64,000 nt of DNA, from the NCBI GenBank assembly GCA_964410185.1, contig CAYPFM010000002.1, positions 6,047-70,046 on the forward strand. The letters are read 5' to 3'. Source of the stretch: an uncultured Candidatus Saccharibacteria bacterium (GTDB taxonomy: Bacteria > Patescibacteriota > Saccharimonadia > Saccharimonadales > JAUPVS01). Shown here one piece after another: positions 63,443 through 64,000 of the stretch (its first letter is position 1; every line of letters starts with the position of its first letter). The notes under the pieces are model-generated. The model did not search any database. It had not been told where the DNA came from and saw only the letters and a list, made by a program, of their open reading frames with translations. The position numbers and the translations under genes are program-made.

Positions 63443-64000
63443 ATGAACCGTTTGAGCACGAGTCCCAACCATCGTAGTCCAGCCCGCAAAGTGCTGCCAT
63501 TTGCGGCGTTTTGCCTCGGTGCTGGTGCGTTGGCAGGTGTTTACGGCAGCTTGAGGGGAGCGCAGTCGACACACCTCCAAGGCACGGTTGTAGCGCCCGA
63601 CTGCACTCGGCCATCTCTGACGGATAGCCTGTCAGCACTCGATAGCAATCAAGACGCGGTTATCCGACTACGTTACCAAGAAGTTCAGGTAGAGATTTGT
63701 GAAGCTGCCTACAAAGGTGCCGCCAATTTGATCAAAAACTATCAAGCCAGCGATGGCCAGCCAACCAGTAGCCAGCGGAAAGAGGAAGCTCGAGACTTAA
63801 CGCGACCTGGCCTGTATGAAGTGACCGTGAGCCAGCGCGACAATACCAAAGCAGTCATGGCCGAATTCGGCACCAATCCCGACGGCACGCCAAACCTAAG
63901 TGACCTCGATTCACTGACCATCTGGCGAGCACAGCCAGGAGCCAGTGCTCCAGATGCAACCGGTCAGGGCATGACCGTTTTGTATCACGATCGTCAGCTG
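63443..64000 (+). CDS. Hypothetical exported/anchored protein, paralogue of 61657-62370 (3' end off-window)
   Basis: The ATG at 63443 opens a frame with no stop to the window edge, which is why it is absent from the ORF track. N-terminal hydrophobic segment is LPFAAFCLGAGALAGV. It shares EIC.AAYKGAANLIKNYQ with the lipoprotein. Confidence 0.5.
   Translation, partial: MNRLSTSPNHRSPARKVLPFAAFCLGAGALAGVYGSLRGAQSTHLQGTVVAPDCTRPSLTDSLSALDSNQDAVIRLRYQEVQVEICEAAYKGAANLIKNYQASDGQPTSSQRKEEARDLTRPGLYEVTVSQRDNTKAVMAEFGTNPDGTPNLSDLDSLTIWRAQPGASAPDATGQGMTVLYHDRQL

Noticed and set aside
1-64000. Alternative genetic code (UGA recoding), as in some CPR lineages.
   Set aside because: All conserved genes translate full-length with standard stops, and TGA is used as a terminator at several gene ends. 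There is no evidence for code 25 or code 4.

Overview
This 64-kb window is a densely coding stretch of bacterial chromosome, about 50% GC by eye. It reads cleanly under the standard code, with no need for UGA recoding. I found no rRNA, tRNA, CRISPR array, transposase, integrase or recognisable defence system. Gene content is housekeeping: infB, fmt-def-priA, rpsU, adk-map, ftsA/ftsZ, nrdR-nrdJ, ileS, rplU, parAB, lepB, an LCP protein, htrA, prmC-prfA-rpmE, rpsB-tsf-frr-uppS-rseP, proS, greA, lysS, msrA and rsmE. This content suggests a reduced monoderm lineage. The missing cdsA/dxr between uppS and rseP, the B12-dependent class II RNR, the INS-less ProRS, the giant surface proteins and the heliorhodopsin together suggest Patescibacteria/CPR, probably Saccharibacteria-like. 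That taxonomic call is inference only.

Regions that stand out:
1. A three-gene surface locus (20.3-35.1 kb) is dominated by a 4179-aa membrane-anchored protein. It contains 123-aa tandem repeats, two 7-bladed FG-GAP/VCBS propellers, two Kelch-like propellers, Gly-rich beta-helix-like tracts and a tail-fibre-like tip.
2. A stand-alone receiver and a 1375-aa GLUG/Fn3 sensor kinase with an aberrant H-box are wedged between ftsA and ftsZ.
3. A heliorhodopsin with a Lys-rich histone-H1-like N-terminal tail sits in an msrA-HeR-HAD-rsmE cluster.
4. The ileS leader has a textbook T-box antiterminator bulge (UGGAACC) in an unusual nested arrangement.
5. There are three families of long intergenic palindromic repeats. 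One pair of about 160-bp copies is 100% identical, inverted, and brackets 8.8 kb (rplU to rpmE).
6. A '-10 hexamer-N6-ATG' arrangement recurs and implies leaderless mRNAs.

All functional calls rest on motif recognition by eye. No searches were run.
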